Assembly: GCA_903813345.2 (NCBI GenBank) | Contig: CAIIXF020000001.1 | Coordinates: forward strand, 18,972,001-19,036,000 | Reading direction: 5' to 3' | DNA: 64,000 bases | Source: Owenia fusiformis | Lineage: Eukaryota | In this document: positions 39,701 to 54,700 of the stretch, piece by piece | Layout: every line of letters begins with the position of its first letter | Numbering within the stretch: position 1 is the stretch's first letter | Program-made: the position numbers and the translations under genes | Notes under the pieces: generated by a model | What the model was told of the DNA's origin: nothing | The model's database searches: none | Seen by the model: only the letters and a program-made list of their open reading frames with translations

Positions 39701-42700
39701 GAACTCAATATTTTGACACAAAAATGCCATCTACATAATATTGCATAACTTTTATTTCTTTTTATGCAATATTATGTAGGTGACATTTTTTGTGTCACCC
39801 TGTAAGTGTGGCGATCTGATTGGTAGAAAGTGTAATTGTAAAATGACTTTACTGAATCAGAGGGCAGTGAACTAGTCAAGGAGGTCAGGGTAAACTTATC
39901 TCTTAAGTGTGTATGCTTAAGATAACTAGAAGAGGTGGTCAAATATTTGAACAAATCTGATATTGTTTCTTTTGAGTAAACCTACATACAATACCATTGA
40001 TCTTGTTATGAGATGTCCAATTTTCTTGAAATGTTACTTCTACAGTGTCTTGCCAACATTGAATAGTACATGTAGGTTATTCTTACATGTATGCACTGTT
40101 TGTTTATTATTTCATATTTAAGTGTTTATTTTTTCAATATATAGCACTTTTTATATATAATACAGAGTCGGTCATTTTACATACTAGTATACAATGTCAC
40201 TGGACTAGCATGACTATACATCTTATCAGCTTTTTTATAAAAAGCAATTTAATATTTCTTGACATAATTGTACATGTACATGTAATTTACTTACCATTTG
40301 GCCAAACTTATTATTAAGATCATCACCAACTGAAACAAGAGAGAAAAGCAGATGTATTAACATGACGTGAAGTCAAAGTGAGCATAGTAAAATCTGAATA
40401 TCCAAACACATCTCTAAACCAAACACTTTTCAATCCGAACATTTTATGATCGTATTTTTATGCTCCAATTGATTCACATGTTAAAACACCCAAATGTGCG
40501 AACAACTTCTAATTCTAACACATTTGATAGGTCCTGACGGATTTCAGTTAAAACAGGCATTGAAAGCTGTTTTGGCATATACTTTAATAGCATGCCAACT
40601 AGGATGAGACGCTGTTGGAAATTTCAAATTAACATGCCACTTTGTTCTATCAAAATCATGAAATAGATGAGATATTTTGACCTGAAACAGATAAAATAGG
40701 ACTTAGCACCCAGTTGTGAAAACCACCGTTGTAACAACTGTACAGTCTGAAATGGATGATCAATCGGAAGACAAAACTCAACATCTTCTTTATTTCCATT
40801 AGCCTTATCTCACTTACACATAGGGACAAGTTGATCAATCAATTCTTGCTTGGTCCACTCCTGGTCGATGTTTTGACTAAGTAGATTTGACAGGTTCATT
40901 TTGTTTTGGTTGTTGCACGGTACATTGAGATAATGAACAAGGATGGTGTCGGGATTCTGCAGGAGCCAATAGCATCTTCGATGAAATGTCGGCAGTAACG
41001 CAGAGTGAACGTAAGATCCATAGATGCACTGAAATAAAGTTAAACAGAATTTTATCTTTCTAGTTGGGGAATTCGCAATTAATGAGACTCGCAATTCAAG
41101 ATATCTCAATGCTTATTTCAACTGCTGTTGCATTTCATGATTATTAGAATAATTTTTCCGGCTGAATTTATGAGATTATAGACTAGAGTTATTTTTATCC
41201 AATAATTAAATTAGCGGGCAATTTCAAGCTTAATGAAGTAGGAATTAACAATCATGAACATCAATCATTCCATTTCAAATTGCGATTAACTGAAAATCTT
41301 TCCGTGAAAAATTCCTATTACTACATCAGAGTGTTGTTGTAATGGTTAAATGTTTGATGAACATTTCTGCAGACCAGTCTGTTTAAAAAGAGTATGGGAA
41401 ATGGGGTTAATGTCACATTTCAGTATGAGAGACAGGAGGCTATGGGGGGGGGACATAAAGAGTTCAGTGTTGATGAAACAAGGGGTTATAGTGCTGCATA
41501 TTAACTGGGAAGAATGTGAGCTAATTTATAAGGCAGCTCAGTAACAAACTTGACAAAATCCTAATGGTTTTTCTGGCTTGTACAAGTGAAAGACTATGGA
41601 GATGGACTACGGGAGCAGTAGATTGACAAATTGGGGAATATGCATAGGGAGTCTAGGTGGTTATCGGGAAAGCATGTGGGATTGTGGGGAACAAAGAATT
41701 ACAAAATTATCATACATTTTTTTCGATATCTCAATTACCTCAACTCCCTGAACTTTCAGTTTCATGTGATCCTCCCTGGTAGTCTTGCCATCACGACGTT
41801 TTATCCAATAATAGCCATCCTTCCTGTACCGCACTTTCTTGCGGCAGTACATGAACATTGAGCCACTTGTAGGTCTGAAAGATCAACATTATCATCTTTA
41901 TTGTAATGTTTCAACTTTATTATTCCAATGACATTTTCAAACTGTATAATGTAATTATGTCATGGTATGGATCAGAGACAGGGGCATAACATGTAGTATT
42001 TCATACTTGAGTGGGTTTGGGGTAGATATCACCCGGGAATATATATCATATCTGAGGAGCGGGCAGGATATATTGTATATGTCCCGCTCTAGGCCAAATG
42101 CGGGCAGATATAATATATCCATCCCGCTCCCGGGAATTTTTTCAAAAGTTTAAAAATTTTAAAAATTTAAATTTCAGAAGTTTAAAATTTTTCAAAAAGT
42201 TTAAATGTAACAATTCTATTGTATTGAGCTGAAGAAATATTATGAAAATGTTAAATATAAATTGTGCTTTTACAGTATAGGCCTATCTTGTCATTTGAAA
42301 TGGTGGAAAAGGTTATATCTACCCCAAACCCACTCAAGTATGAGATACACCAGTTATGTACGGTCGGTTTTGGATACAGTGTTTATCCCGCGGGAAATAT
42401 GTGTATCTCCCTCGGTCCCTCGTGAGATACACATATTTCCCTTGGGATAAACCCTGTATCCAAAACCTCCCAGTACATAACCCTTATATATCCCATACCT
42501 AGTGAGATTCTACATACATAACAGGCAGGGATATATGTGTATCTAGAAAGTGGGACAAATATAACTTTCCTACAAGGTCCAAAACATAAAGCTGTTTCTA
42601 TGTATCTATAAACTTTGAAAAATATTTTTTTTTAAATGTGTGTTAACAATAATTCATCACTTCATTGCTGTTGGCATATCAAAATGCAATAAGTTAGGCA

Positions 42701-45700
42701 TATTTTATGAAGACATGTCTACTAACCTAATAGAGACGGATGTCCTACACCAATCAGCATGTTTGTCAAAGGCAACCAATATTGCAGCTAGTTCCTTAAA
42801 CACAAGGCATTCAATGATACACAAGAACACAAATGTGTACAAAATGTCCCCACCAATGGGTGATCCCATCAAATGGTTATCCTGAAAATGAGTAGACAAG
42901 ACTTTACTGACACAATTTGAGGATGGAAAATCCAAGATGGCCGCCTTAAAATTTACCCAGAATCCCCCAAAATTAGCTAGTTCTAGATTTTCATACTAAG
43001 AACCACCCCTGAAAATTTGAAATTGATCTGTCAAACAGTTAAACAAGACTTTACAGACATGATTTTAGGATGGAAAATCCAAAATGGCTGCCTTGACATT
43101 TACCCAGAATGTCAAAAATCAGTTCTACATTTTCATACTAAGAATCATCCCTGAAAAGTTGAAATTGATCTACCAAACGATTCACCTGAAAACGCGTAAA
43201 CAAGACTTTACAGACAAGATTTTAGGACAGAAAATCCAAAATGGCTGCCTTGACATTTACCCAGAATGCCAAAAAACTAATCAGATCTAGGCTTTCATAC
43301 TAAGAATCATCCCTGAAAATTTGAAATTGATCTAACATACGGTTCACCTGGAAATGCGTAGACAAGACTTTACAGACAAGATTTTAGGACGGAAAATCCA
43401 AAATGGCTGCCTTGACATTTACCCAGAACGCCAAAAAAACTAATCAGATGTAGATTTTCATACTAAGAATCATCCCTGAAAATTTGAAATTGATCTACCA
43501 TACGGTTCACCTGGAAATGCGTAGACAAGAATTTACAAACAAGATTTTAGGACGGAAAATCCAAAATGGCTGCCTTGACATTTACCCAGAACGCCAAAAA
43601 ACTAATCAGATCTAGATTTTCATACTTAGAATCATCCCTGAAAATTTGAAATTGATCTACTAAACGGTTCACCTGAAAACGTGTAGACAAGACTTGACAG
43701 ACAAGATTTTAGGACGGAAAAAACCAAAATGGCCGACAATAAAAAAGTGATTATGAGTTTTTGCTGATTTCCTTTTACAAAATTATCACATATAACTACT
43801 GTTAACAATAACATAGGCTTTTTCAACAAAGTACACCTGAAATTATTTATAAAGCTACTAAATAGTTAAAGTATGAAAACTCAAAAACACCATTCAATAT
43901 GATACAAAGTATTATCGCGCGCTAACTTTTCTTCAGACATTCAAAATGGCTGACATGACTGAGCTAACAGGTCCAAAACCTAATCAGATGTAGAATGAAG
44001 TGAGCTGAACAAGATATTAAAGTTTTAAAAGCAACTGGGAAGCCGTTTTTCTTAAAGTTTGCAGACAAGGATTTTAGCATTTGACCTCAAAATGGCCGAC
44101 AGGAAGTAGCTATCAAGTTAATTTTTTATCATCCACATCTGTATGCACTCCCAAGTTATTCCTGAAAATTTGAAGGTGATACCTGTAGCGGTTTTGGAGA
44201 AAACTGCCGGACGTACGGACGGACAGACAGACAACCAGACAGACGGACGGACGGACGGACGGACGGACGGACGGACGGACGCGCCTAGGACGACAATATG
44301 GCCCCACACTATGTGGTGGGGACATAAAAATGATCTGAGTATTTTCTGTTTGGCACATTTAAGGGTTCAAATAATATTGTACATTGGCTAAATTAATACA
44401 TGGTACACATTATTACTGTTACAGAACAGTAATAAAATTTCTATAATTTCATGAGTAAAGAAAAAATATATCTCCTATTTGGGACAAATACACTATTAAC
44501 AATATTCATGACATTTTGAGAAAAACAGTCTGATTAATAAAAGCATTTGAACCATTAGCATTTGAATGAAAAATTACAAATGAGAGCATTAGGAATCAAA
44601 ATAACAGTTAACGATAGCATTTCTCAGAATCAATTTCTTTAAAGCCTTGAATTTGGTTAGAAATAACATAGTGTACCTCGTTACTGTTCCAGCTATGACG
44701 ATGTGAGGCTAGCGCCTCAGAAGGTGTCACATGCTCCAGCTGTTTTGGTAAGATAATAAATGGACGGTCTCCATCTGAAAATACATGTAAAAATTCATCT
44801 GAAAATATATGCAAAATTTTGTTTGAAAATACATGTAAAAATGAATCTGAAAATATATGCAAATTACTTTGTCTGAAAATACAACCAAGTAAAATTCATG
44901 AGGAGTTATATTTTGAAATTTCGCTAGATTCATTGTGTTCATTGTGTAATTGCATGTGTCATTTTGTTCCAATAACGGTTAGATAGATATTTCATTTCAT
45001 TCCAATGAATTGGAAGAAAAGAACAAAACATAATTATACTAAAAAACAATAGCTCACTGTGTGAGATAAAAATGATTGTCTCAAACGATTATACAATACA
45101 TATATAAAAAATTGTCATATCAAAATGTTGTCAATTGACAACCATTACATTGAGGATGTGAATCGTTTGAGAGAAAAACAATGTCAAATTTAGTTCAACA
45201 AATCACATCCCATCCTTTAATTTGAAATTCTCCTGAATGATGAATAAACATTTCTATCTAATCTAACTCCCTTTATAATTCCCTCCATTTGTAACTGCAT
45301 CAATAATGTTTATTTAGTCTCGGGTAAAATGACAGCTTTGCAGTTGTAATAGCATTTCAGAGAATCTGGGGACTAGCTTGTCTAATTGATTAAAAGCCTG
45401 GGATTGGCCTTGAAATGAACTACTGGTTGAATAGTGATGAAAGTATCTGAATTAAATCAAGTATTATCAACTAACTAGAGTGCTGTATTGACGAAGAAAT
45501 CATGTGTTTATTTCACCAGTTGTCGCGGTAACACACTATTGTGCAGATCACTAAAGGCAATGTAAGGAAAACAAAGAAAACATAAACAGCCAATAAATAT
45601 TAATCATTGTTGAATCAAAACCACAATAAATGTACAATTCTAGCACAACAAGCTGATATCCCATGCCAGTAGGACACCAGCCTACAACTCAATCTGTTAA

Positions 45701-48700
45701 CTAGTATTTGAGTTATCACCCAGACAGAAGAACGAACAATTTGAACAAATGAAAGAACGAACAAATAATAAAAACGAGCCAACAAAAGAATGGACTATAT
45801 ATACAATATATCTATAATGTTATTTAACTGACTAAGAGCATGAAAAATGGAAGTTAAAAAGATGGTTAACATAATTAGACACCTGATATGTGGGGTTGGA
45901 TACTGACATTATTCAATAGGGCCAAAATCTCAGTAGGCCTCCCTTAAAACTCATCCTTCTTGCCTCCCTTAAAACTCATCCTTCTAGGCCTACCTTAAAA
46001 CTCACTAAGGCCTACCTTATAATGACAAGTAGCTATTACAGTAGAAAGCATTTCATATCATCTTTTCTCCATTCATAAAGTTAAACGGAGTCCAAAATCA
46101 TGAACACGAAAGCTGAAACTGTCATCGTTCTAACACTTGCTTATATGTGATACATTTTTTTATTCTTGCTTTTATGTAAAAAAACCCATCTCAATCAATA
46201 AAACATAGCCAATAAATGTCAGTGGTATCAAATTATCACTCTGTTCAACCATTTTAGTTCATACCTATTACAAGAGCATCTAATTTCTGTGTAACCCTGC
46301 TCCAGGGTTTTGCAAATCAAGGTGAATGAACTGCACAGGGAAAACTTGTAGCACAAATGCATGACCACTAATTACCAATAGCAGCTTCATCGTACACTCG
46401 TTAAATTCTTTGATCAAATCTATATCAGACTTCATACTCAGAAAGAAAACATCTTCTAAACTGTTCTGCATTAAAGTCAAACTTCTATAAAATGCCATTA
46501 AAGATCCATTTGAGATTTTAAGATCTTGTCAGTATCAAAAGTGCAAAATCATCTGTCATACACAGATGGGTAATACGGTAATCTGATAGGGAAGTAAAGT
46601 AAAATTGATCACTATTTTCGTGATATCATGAATGGTTTTACAAAAATTTACTTCAATTAGAGTGAAATATTGATCAATAAATAAGTTTTATTATCAGAGA
46701 CAAGAGATTTCTTCCCGTCCTTTATTTTACATCATGTAGATTCACTAGACATGCAAGAATAAGGACTAACATTATAAAATATTGATAGGTGGGAATTAAT
46801 GGTAAAACTGTTTTGTTCACCAATGGAATGTATATCACATATTGTCAGTAGATATAATAAGGCCAATATAGGTTATGTCTCTGTTTAACAGGACTATTTC
46901 AAAAAATCACAAAAAGACAAACACACAGTGATACATGTAAATATCACTAATAATTTTATGGAAAAATTCAAAATTGCTGCCCCAGAATGCCCAAAACCTA
47001 ATCAGATCTTGGCACTAGTCTCTTCTTGCATCAGTAAAAATTTCAAGTTGAGGTTTTCCTAGAATTTTGATGATTTAATTCATATAGCTCTCCCGCATGC
47101 CCACCTCCCTGCCCAACAACACAAGATGATGACAATACAATAATGTGTGCTATGAAAAAGTGCAATCAAAACTGTTAAAATGAAGTAAAATCATAAGACA
47201 AAAAAACAATAAAAACAACCAGAACAACGGCAACGCCAAAGCGTAGCGAATCCCATCGAACATTTTTCAAAAGGGGCACCTTCTACCAAAAGTGTCATTA
47301 GACAGTGTGCCATGCTTATAATATTCACATACCAAATATGAACAAAATCGCTCAACTACTTTTCGAGTTATAGTAAAATACGTTAAAATGGTGGCCATTT
47401 TGAAAAATGGCCGACTTCTACCAAAAGTCTCATTAGACAGTGTGCCATGCTTATAGTATTCACATACCAAATATGAACAAAATCGCTCCACTACTTTTCG
47501 AGTTATAGTAAAATACGTTAAAATGGCGGCCATTTTGAAAAATGGCCGCCTTCTACCAAAAGTGTCATTTTACAGTGTGCCATGCTTATGCGTATTCACG
47601 TACCAAATATGAACAAAATCACTCAACTACTTTTCGAGTTATAGTAAAATAAGTTAAAATGGCAGCCATTTTTCAATATGTCCGCCATTTTTCAAAATGG
47701 CCGCCTTCTACCAAAAGTGTCATTAGACAGTGTGCCATGCTTACAGTATTCACATACCAAATTTGAACAAAATCGCTCCACTACTTTTCGAGTTATAGTA
47801 AAATACGTTAAAATGGCGGCCATTTTGAAAAATGACCGCCCTCTACCAAAAGTGTCATTAGACAGTGTGCCATTCTTATACGTATTCACGTACCAAATAT
47901 GAACAAAATCGCTCCACTACTTTTCGAGTTTTAGTAAAATAAGTTAAAATGGCGGCCATTTTTCAAAATGTCCACCATTTTTCAAAATGGCCGCCTTCTA
48001 CCAAAAGTGTCATTAGACAGTGTGCCATGGTTATAGTATTCACATACCAAATATGAACAAAATCGCTCCACTACTTTTCGAGTTACAGCAAAAATCGTAA
48101 AATAACGAGTAAAGGCCGCCATTTTTCAAGATGGCTGCCATGTGCTTTTTTAATATCTACATTTCTAGCTTTATTAATGTCCTATATAGTTTTTTTTACA
48201 TTTAAAACATATTGCTATTACAGTTTTACATATTGCACCTAAATTACTGTAAAATCGGCACTAAAATGGCCGCCATTTTTAAATGAGTGGCCATTTTGAA
48301 AATCGGCTTTCGAGCAGAACTTCTACCCCCATAGGGTATATGTGTACAAAATATGAATAAAATCGGGCCAACGGTATTTGAGTTATTGCCTGGACGGACG
48401 GACGGACGGACGTACGTACGTACGTACGGACGGACGGACGGACGGACGGACGGACGGACGGACGGACGGACGGACGGACGGACGGACGGACGGACGGACG
48501 GAGGCGTTCCCTATATCCCTCTGAACTTCGTTCGATGGGATAATAAAGAATTGATCATGTAGGTTTTTGATAACCAGAGACAGACATAACTAAACAAACA
48601 TTGAATCTGTAATAGCCTAAATAATATACACGGAGCCCATGTCAAGCTGCGCGCCTACTTAGGCGCGCAGTTTGTTTCGTCCACAAACTGCGTGCCTAAC

Positions 48701-51700
48701 AACATTGCATCATTCAAGTTGGAGTCTGAATTTTGAAACGTAATTTTAAGACATTTATCCTGCATTGTTTTCTTGTTTAATACGTTCATTCTGTGGCGAA
48801 CATACGAATCTTGCGAATACTAGCAAAAACTATGTACAAATGGATCGAAGTTTTAAAACATAAGCAGATTAATGGCATTTTCGTCACAGATTTAAAGGGA
48901 ATTTATACGTAAATTGATCTAGCACTTTAAATATAAATGATAGATACTTCAGACTCGTTTCATATTTAATTCCTTAAGCATTTATCATGTATAGTTCAAA
49001 ATATTTCGAGATAAAACAGATAATCAGGAGATTAAAAGGAAATAAAGCACAAACTGCGCGCCTATTTTAGCCAGGAAATTTCAAACTGCGCGTATACGTC
49101 ACTATCAAAACTACATATTATCATTGGAATTTCTACAGAGGCAGGTGTGTTGGTGTTTTTCATATAGATTTGGAAATTTTCCTTTATCGTCAGATTTTAT
49201 GAGATTTTCATATTGAAATTCAAAATGTATAATAGAAGTAACAATTAAACTTTTATTTCAAGATCATCATCTTGGTGGATGGACTCACATAATATTTCAA
49301 TTATGGGGTTCTACTATTAGATACATATGTGGCTTACAAATGGCGCTTACGTTTTCTAATAATACAAAACAAGCTTGGATAGGCAAGCATATTAGGCACG
49401 CGGTTTGGGAAATACATGTGAATATAGGCGCGCAGTTTGACAAGAAAAATGTTTAAATCACGTTTATGGCGTATTATCGTTTTGAACACAAACTATGCTG
49501 CTTTAATCAGATGGAGTGATCCTATATATTCTAGCATACACAGACTCAATGGCTGAATAAACGGCTAATGACGATAAAAAGACATAGATATAACTTTACA
49601 CTGTAAATTTTGAACACAGAAGTTACTTAAGACCCTTATATTGAGATAACCAGGTTTACATCGGGAACAACATTGAGTACTATGAGTAAATTAAGTTCAT
49701 CTTCACAGAATGGTACTATCTTTAGAACGAGACTAACCTTGTATTTTCCGTATTTTGGCTCTTTTTGGGAGTCGTGTCCTCCCTGTTTTCCATTTTGAAA
49801 TATGCGCGCAGTTTGTCAGAGTTTCAAACTGCGTGCCTAGTAGGCGCGCAGCTTGACATGGGCACCGTGATATATGCCAACTAGAAATAAAACATGAAAG
49901 ATACATGATCTATTTTAATAATCTTCTACTGATTCTTGATAAATGACGAAGTAGTTTTACTTCATCATTATTTATTTATTTATTACTTATAATTTGGCAT
50001 TGGTTATTCCAGAAATTCAACCACTGATGGATTTCTTAAAAATGAAATACTAGTCTATAAACTGAAATTCTACATGTATATACTGGTATTTCCCAAGTAC
50101 AATTAATACTTATTTTCAAACCCTGAGAATTTTTTTATTACAGATCGGGTATTTATCAAGAAAACTGCCGACATAAATGCTTGTGTTCTTTCTTATGAAT
50201 TCCTGGAAGACGTATTCTCCGAGGACAGCAAATCCACACACTCTATGTGTATACATCTTGTTCTATTTGAAAATGTCAACTCCAAAAACAGAACAACAAT
50301 ATAGATTCGATCATGAATGGCTGCCATTTTGAATTCAGTGACCATTAGGTTGAAAAACATTCTTGGGCAGAGGTCCTATTGGTATAAGGCAACACAACAG
50401 CATATAAAATTTGAAGTTAATCTGTATACTGGTATTTGAATTATCAAAGATTACATTTTTCATGAAATATGGCATCCATTATTTTGAATTAAGCAGCCAT
50501 ATTGAAAATTCCTTCTTGAGTAGAGACCCTTTGCCCATAAGGCATCAGCTTGAAAAAAATCAAATCAAATCCTTCGACTGCAGCCCGTCCAACTGTCCAG
50601 TAATTCGCATGTTTGTCGAGTATTTGCTGGAAAATTTGAAGTCACTCCAAATACCCATTTTACCTGATTATTGTCAAGCAAAAATATTTCTGTAGAAAAA
50701 CTTCAAAAAAGTGATCGCCAACACAGCAAAAAAAAACAAACGCATTTCGTTCGTACTTTTCACGCGGATACCATATATGTCGAAACATTTCGTACCTAAC
50801 CCCCCATGTTGACAGTATTTCTGAACTCAAGCGTAGCTAGAGTGAAAATTTTGAGGTGTCCAAAATTTGGTTATATGCAATAAAATCTGGACCAAGGTGT
50901 TCAGATTTGAACCAAGGTGTCCACTATTTGAAGAAAGGTATTCAACATTTGTAAAACACTCATGTTAGGTGTTCCCAAGTTGACAGGCCTACTATCAGTA
51001 TTTTTCACAATACAGATGGACAGACGCCTTCCCTAGATCTGTACTTTGGTGGGATAATGACAACTTATGCAGTCTCAGAGAGACACATAGGGCAGAGTAT
51101 TCATTATATTCTGAAGTCATTTCCAGACAAGAAAATTAGATGTATCATTAGACAAATAAGTAACCTTGTATTTGCAAATGCAACTTACGCCTGTCAGCTA
51201 CCAGATTAACCTACCATTTTATTGGCAACTCATCTAAATATGAATTGTACCTGCCACTATTCCATTCATATTTAAATGAGTTGGTCATAAAATAGTAGGC
51301 TAATCCGGTAGCCGCTATTTCCATTCACTAATACAAGCTTAGATTAAGAAAGAGATGATTGTAAATATCTTGCCCTCCTGACCAAAAAACTTTGACTCAT
51401 TTATTTCTTCACACAGAATTTGATCTACCACCAAAAATGGTAAAATTAGAATTTGGGTATCATTTAAGAAATCACTATGTATTGTACTTTCCTATAACAA
51501 ATCAGATATATGATTTTTGTATCAACACAAATATTTATACTTAGTACGCAATCATTCACTCAAGTGATTCTCTCTGTTATATTATATCTGGCTGGTATGC
51601 CGCTATGTAAGCTATATCCTGCCAGCTGTTCAAAATACAACTTTGTATAATAATATGGGATAAATATATGAACAATATACAAGAAAGAAATCACTTGATA

Positions 51701-54700
51701 CATGTATATCGTAATTGTCACAAAAATGAAAACAAATTCCAAATTGAACCACTTAGCTGAAAATAACAACGTGAATACTCTTTCTGTCTGATTCCGCTCA
51801 TCCTAATTGACATGCTATATGGGCACGGAGGATCAATACTAGTAATGTACAGCGTGTATTATGTTTTTACTTTATTTTGGATATCACCAAAACACAGTTT
51901 CACCTCATTAATACTGTCTGCTATTGCATTAAGCTGAACGTTTTGTATCAATCAATAAAATCTAGTCTAACATTAAGCCTCAGGACCCGTTTTGAGGGGG
52001 AGAGGGGGAGCAAAGGAGAAAATAAAATTATATATAAAGAACAAGATACTCTTTGCATTTATTTGAGTTTTTATTAGTTTCTTAAAAGCTTCATCTACAC
52101 TTTATAAGTTAAAGAGAAACTTCTGAACTAGCTGAGCCAACCAGAGCTTGTCATCACCACGTTCAGAATGATGATTTTTCTATATATGGTCATTTCCTCT
52201 GATGTCATCCTTGACCCAGAATTGACTAATATTAAAACATTATTGAAATAAGTCTACTGGCTGATAAGATGAAAAATTTGGGTTTGTTTGAACAACAAGG
52301 TACATTTATGTACAATACTTATATCTTATATATTATATTTTTCTATCATGTTCCTTTTTAAAACAATAGGTCAATCTCATTCTGCAATGTATCGGCAAAC
52401 GATACATACAGTATATACAAGACCACTGACGCAGAACCTTACAAAACCAGTATGCATGGATACCCAGTGAGGTAATCAGAAGCGACAAGATTCTACAAAT
52501 AGTCTCAAAAATCCCCCAGAAATCTAGGGAGAATACCCAAATATGGAAGCCTTTCAACATTCCGTTCACAGGGGAATATTAATTTAGAACACAACTCTAT
52601 ACCAATGTAGATAATTAATCCCAAGAATAAGCTACAATCGAATCAGTGATTGTCACAGTGATAATACAAATTGACAATTATCAGGTCACATCTTTAGAGA
52701 CAAGTGACTCTAGGAGTAATCAACCTGAGTTTTCATCTATCAAGAACATAGGCTTAACACAATCTGTTTTTCACTTTTGGGTGAATACCTTAAGCAAGTC
52801 CAAATTCAAGTCTTATGGGCCTTCAAACATGACTTGTAATTCACCAGTTTTAAACGAATAACATCCACAATTATGAATACCTAGGGATTTATTTGTGTTA
52901 CCAGACAATTCTGGTTGGGAGTTCAAAATTTGGACCATTCAAGATGGCTGACCATTTATTAAATTCGAGGTCTTGTTTTGAGACCTGTGATATCTATTCT
53001 CCCTGTTATGATGAAAAAGTATATTTTTGTTTTCTATGCGTTATCTGCCACAGTAAATGCATAAGTCATAGACATTAAGTTTGACATAAATGCACATAGA
53101 TACACAGTATAGAATATCAATAAGTCAGATTCATAAGAAATGCTACTTTGTGACATCACCTCCCTTAGGAAAAAAACAACCATTTTTTCCGAATTTCAAC
53201 CGTTAAAATCCATTGCGCAACCATTACAAATCATTGCATAACCACTGCTGCAACCAATTGAAATGGTTTCCAACCATTACATTTCAACCATTAAAATTTG
53301 GTTGAAAACTTTGGTTGCATATCATTGAAATTATGGAATCATTTGCAACCATTACAAACCATTGATTGTTTAAGTTGCATTTTACCAAATGGTTGCAACT
53401 ATTTTCAACCATATTGTAGAAATTATTTAGTTTAAGAATGAGACAATTTGAAACATGAAGAACATACAAGTAAATTGAATGCATTATTATGTTTCAAAAT
53501 ACAGTAGTTCATGTTTATGGGCATATTATTTCTAATTGAAGAGAATACGATTTATTCATTTTTGGCACTGGATATGACTTCAAGTTCATTCTCATAGGCA
53601 TATTATTTCTATAAAGAATAAGGTTTATTCATTTTTGGTACTGAAAATTACTTCAAGTTCATGTTCATAGAGATAGTATTTCTATTTTATTGAAGAGAAT
53701 CAAGTGTATTCATTTTTGGCCCTGGTCATTCTTGTAGTTTATTTGGAAATTCCTTCTTGATTCATTCAGTTTTACTGAACAATACAACAAAACGTTCTGT
53801 GGAAATTTTCTGTTATTCTCCTGTCTCAACAAAAAATGTTTCTGACTAAAAGTACATACATACATACATATTATGAAACATCAAAGATTGTATTTCCTGC
53901 CTCTTATTTATGATTTGGATTAAGCTAGTGCCAAAATAACTGCTTCTTCAATATCAAAGAAGTCTTATTACAACAATTAAGTAGATTAAACTGAAAATGT
54001 TTCCAAAACATGATTTTGAAACATCAACATCCTTGTATTTATACTTTGGATTAGGCAAGAGCCGGATTGATTGTCTTTTCTTCAATATCATTTACAAATC
54101 AAAAAATATTAATTACTATTGGATTAAACTTTAATCATAATGACTGAAAGGGAAATATCTTAAAGTGTGCGCCAAAGCTTAAAACTGCGCAGGCGCACCG
54201 CTCTCGCTAAACTATATAAAGAGATTGCCCGGTACACGATTCAGAGGTAAGCCAGGAAGGCGAACGATCTTCGTCTCGTGATGATTTCCCATATAATCTT
54301 AACCAGGGAAGTTTCAACATTGAAATTGAAAATTACTATTAGATATACTTTGTAGATGTTATTTATGAAGCTATTTAGTGTTTGCATCAATCAAATGGCT
54401 CATTTTGAACATATAAAACGTATTTGTGTTTTGTTTCCCAGGGAATTGTATTGTATGTAGTACACACATAAATAGTGTACATTATACACGGCGTATAACC
54501 CAAACGCTCCTACATGCACGACGGAGCGTTTCATTTACGCGGAAACGCTCCGGAGCGAAATAAAATGGCGGCTAATGAAGATTCCTCTATGACCGTAAGT
54601 ATTGTATCTCTCGTTTCTCTTACATATCATATGTTATGGTGAAATATTATGTACCATTCGATGAACAATACCGTGAGCAAAGATCTTATTTATTCAACTT

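Noticed and set aside
44113-44391. ORFs with RPSV/DGRT repeats (also 48353-48562)
   Set aside because: Translations of the (GGAC)n microsatellite.
47262-48130. Regular repeats resembling a CRISPR array (also 42880-43740)
   Set aside because: These are head-to-tail units without unique spacers, there are no cas genes, and the context is a eukaryotic intron. The ORFs called in them are repeat artefacts.
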